Virus record (IMG/VR): IMGVR_UViG_3300026097_000876
Span: 62,001-126,000 of that record
DNA length: 64,000 nucleotides
Strand: one strand, 5' to 3'
Shown: one piece after another, positions 61,810-64,000 of the stretch
How the letters are laid out: each line of letters begins with the position of its first letter
Numbering within the stretch: the first letter of the stretch is position 1
Program-made: the position numbers and the translations under genes
The notes under the pieces: model-generated
Databases searched by the model: none
Told to the model about the DNA's origin: nothing
Seen by the model: only the letters and a program-made list of their open reading frames with translations

Positions 61810-63284
61810 AAATTGTAGTAGTCGGCGGCGGCACGGCTGGATGGCTTGCCGCATTAATGATTTCAAAAATACGTCCTGAACATGATGTCACTGTTATTGA
61901 AAGTAGTAAAATTGGCATTGTCGGTGCCGGGGAAGGTAGTACCGGAACACTTACAAATATTGTACAAAACGAAATGTGGAATCTTGGCTGTAACGAACAA
62001 GATTTTATCAAAGAGTGTGATGCTACAATCAAATTAGGAATTAAACATATAGGTTGGAATAAAGATCCTAAAAAATATTACATCGGTCCAATTGACGGAA
62101 CACCGACTTCTAACGACAGAGCCGATATTATTTTTCAACATGCCTTAGGTTACAGAGACGAAAATTTATTACATATTTCAACAGAGCTTGGTTATAAAAT
62201 TCATCATAATAAAAATAGTTTCGTTGAGACTGCTGGTAATCACGCATATCATTTTGATGCTCATAAAGTAGGAAAATACTTTAAAAAAGTTAGTAATACT
62301 GTAAAACATATTGACAGCGAAGTAGAACATGTTATACTAGACAGTGAATCAGGTAGAGTAAAAGAATTAAAATTGTCAAATGATGAAATAGTCCAAGGCG
62401 ATATGTTTATTGATGCAAGTGGCTTTCATCAAGTTTTAATGAAAGCTGTTGGAGGTAAATGGAAAAGTTATAAAGAAAATTTACCAGTTAATAGTGCATT
62501 ACCGTTTTTACTTCCATATGAAGAAGATGAAGTTATTGAACCTGTTACAAATGCATGGGCACAAAAAAACGGTTGGTGTTGGCAAATTCCAACAAAAGAA
62601 CGTCGAGGATGTGGATATGTATTTTGCGATGATTTTGTAACTCCTGATCAAGCACATGCTGAACTTGAGCAAACAATTGGTCGTAAAGTTGACCCAATTA
62701 GATTATTAAAATTTGATAGCGGAAGACAGGAAAAATTGTGGGTTAAAAATGTATTGTCTATCGGATTGTGTGCTGCGTTTGCAGAGCCGTTAGAAGCAAC
62801 AAGTATTCACACAACAATTATTCAGTTAAAACATTTTGTATTTGGTTGTTTAGGAGTTGATGTAGACGATACTTGTAATCCTGCACAAGTTGATAATTAC
62901 AATCAACAAAATGGTCATTTATACGACAATATGAAAGACTTTCTTGTTGCGCACTATACGTGTGGCAGAAATGATTCTGAATTTTGGAAACATATCGACA
63001 GCGGTGCAACAATTACTCCGTTTGTACAATCAATACACGAGATCTGCAAGCACAGGATGCCTAACTCAACTTTATTCCCACGCCAAGAGGGAAGTGCCGG
63101 ATGGCCTTTATGGAGTTTTGTTCTTGCAGGTACAGGAAAACTAACAGATACAATTGCTAGACAAGAACTTAAATTTAATCATGATGAAATGTTAAGCGAT
63201 AGTGCATATCAATATCACACAAAAGAACATCACTCAATGAGTGAATCATTACCGGATAATACCAACTACATAAAAGGCATTTAA
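61806..63284 (+). CDS. Flavin-dependent (tryptophan) halogenase, copy B
   Basis: VGGGTAGW; GAGEGS; DATIK; GWCWQIP; FAEPLEATS. Confidence 0.9.
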   Translation: MKIVVVGGGTAGWLAALMISKIRPEHDVTVIESSKIGIVGAGEGSTGTLTNIVQNEMWNLGCNEQDFIKECDATIKLGIKHIGWNKDPKKYYIGPIDGTPTSNDRADIIFQHALGYRDENLLHISTELGYKIHHNKNSFVETAGNHAYHFDAHKVGKYFKKVSNTVKHIDSEVEHVILDSESGRVKELKLSNDEIVQGDMFIDASGFHQVLMKAVGGKWKSYKENLPVNSALPFLLPYEEDEVIEPVTNAWAQKNGWCWQIPTKERRGCGYVFCDDFVTPDQAHAELEQTIGRKVDPIRLLKFDSGRQEKLWVKNVLSIGLCAAFAEPLEATSIHTTIIQLKHFVFGCLGVDVDDTCNPAQVDNYNQQNGHLYDNMKDFLVAHYTCGRNDSEFWKHIDSGATITPFVQSIHEICKHRMPNSTLFPRQEGSAGWPLWSFVLAGTGKLTDTIARQELKFNHDEMLSDSAYQYHTKEHHSMSESLPDNTNYIKGI

Positions 63285-64000
63285 TGATTAGAGTATATGG
63301 CGATATTATGCTGGACAAATGGATCATTGGCAATGCCAATCGAATTAGTCCAGAAGCACCTGTTCCTGTCTTGCACGAAACAGAGCAAAAACATTGTCCT
63401 GGTGGTGCTGGTAATATTGCAATTAATATTGCAAGCCTTAACGAAAATGTAGGAGTATACGGAACTATTGCTCCTGATTATGAAGGCAACTTACTTGCTG
63501 AATGTTTTAGAAATTATGAAAAAATTGCATTCAATGTTACTACAGACTCTAAAATTACTACTACTAAAAATAGACTTGTTGGTCAAGGTGGACAGCATAT
63601 TTTGCGCTGGGACAGAGAAGAAAAATATCAAAATTCAAATGCATTCAAAAAATTATTAGCAGATGTGCAATCACAAGATGTTGTTTGTGTAAGTGATTAT
63701 AATAAAGGAACAATTCAAAAAAATACAATTAGTGATTTGTTAGATAAAGGTTGCACTGTGTTAGTTGATCCTAAACAAGATGCTGAAACATATAGAGGTG
63801 CATTTTTAGTTAAGCCAAATATGAAGGAATATAATTCATGGTTTGGAGAGTTTAAAAAAGAAAACGCAATACTAAAACTTAAAGAGTATAATTGGACATA
63901 TCTTGTAGTTACAGACGGTGCTAATGGAATTCATGTACTAAAAGATGATTTAACTTATCGTCACTATCAAGAACCTGCACAAGAAGTAGCTGATGTTGTA
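63284..64000 (+). CDS. hldE: HldE/RfaE heptose-7-phosphate kinase (PfkB family), truncated by the window end
   Basis: MIRVYGDIMLD.W..G...RISPEAPVPV; PGGAGN; SDYNKG; VDPK; LVKPN; not in the ORF track because there is no stop. Confidence 0.9.
   Translation, partial: MIRVYGDIMLDKWIIGNANRISPEAPVPVLHETEQKHCPGGAGNIAINIASLNENVGVYGTIAPDYEGNLLAECFRNYEKIAFNVTTDSKITTTKNRLVGQGGQHILRWDREEKYQNSNAFKKLLADVQSQDVVCVSDYNKGTIQKNTISDLLDKGCTVLVDPKQDAETYRGAFLVKPNMKEYNSWFGEFKKENAILKLKEYNWTYLVVTDGANGIHVLKDDLTYRHYQEPAQEVADVV

Noticed and set aside
12378-63659. Numerous 60-150 aa ORFs antisense to, or out of frame within, long genes (e.g. 14017-14361, 47480-47985, 50168-50578, 54846-55283)
   Set aside because: Shadow ORFs fully overlapping well-supported genes, with no RBS or promoter and no recognisable motifs.
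1-64000. Stop-codon reassignment (alternative genetic code)
   Set aside because: Core genes are full length in the standard code, and TAA, TAG and TGA all end genes. No suppressor tRNA is present.
1-64000. Bacterial chromosome or integrated prophage with an LPS locus
   Set aside because: T4-like core genes, late promoters and dense phage organisation span the whole window. No integrase, att site or host housekeeping genes are present.

Overview
This 64 kb window is a segment of a large T4-like myovirus genome. It has three parts. (1) About 1-9.1 kb is an early host-takeover region of small ORFs arranged as cassettes behind 16 near-consensus sigma70 promoters, nearly all using a GAGGG(C/A) ribosome-binding site. 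It also holds three tRNAs and an AAA+ ATPase. (2) About 9.1-10.2 kb is a mostly non-coding, repeat- and hairpin-rich switch region. (3) From 10.2 kb onward are mostly minus-strand genes for replication, recombination and auxiliary metabolism: tandem nitrilase-family genes, helicase, half carbamoyltransferase, primase, a 186-aa mini-DnaE, a pseudo-peptide deformylase, clamp-loader subunit, UvsW/UvsY/UvsX and ssb. This part also contains a ~14 kb glycosyl/methyl/sulfotransferase island, the terminase, tail and neck genes, two flavin-dependent halogenases and a truncated HldE kinase. The two strongest unexplained signals are both read directly from the sequence. First, the + strand has no TC or CC dinucleotide at all over positions 1-1262, and a mirror-image gene at 7211-7506 has no GA or GG. 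Second, a hairpin RNA at 7048-7156 displays CCCUCA loops complementary to the GAGGG(C/A) RBS of the early cassettes, while many replication and late genes appear leaderless, suggesting a phage-encoded translational early-to-late switch. All functional calls come from motif recognition by eye; no database search was run.
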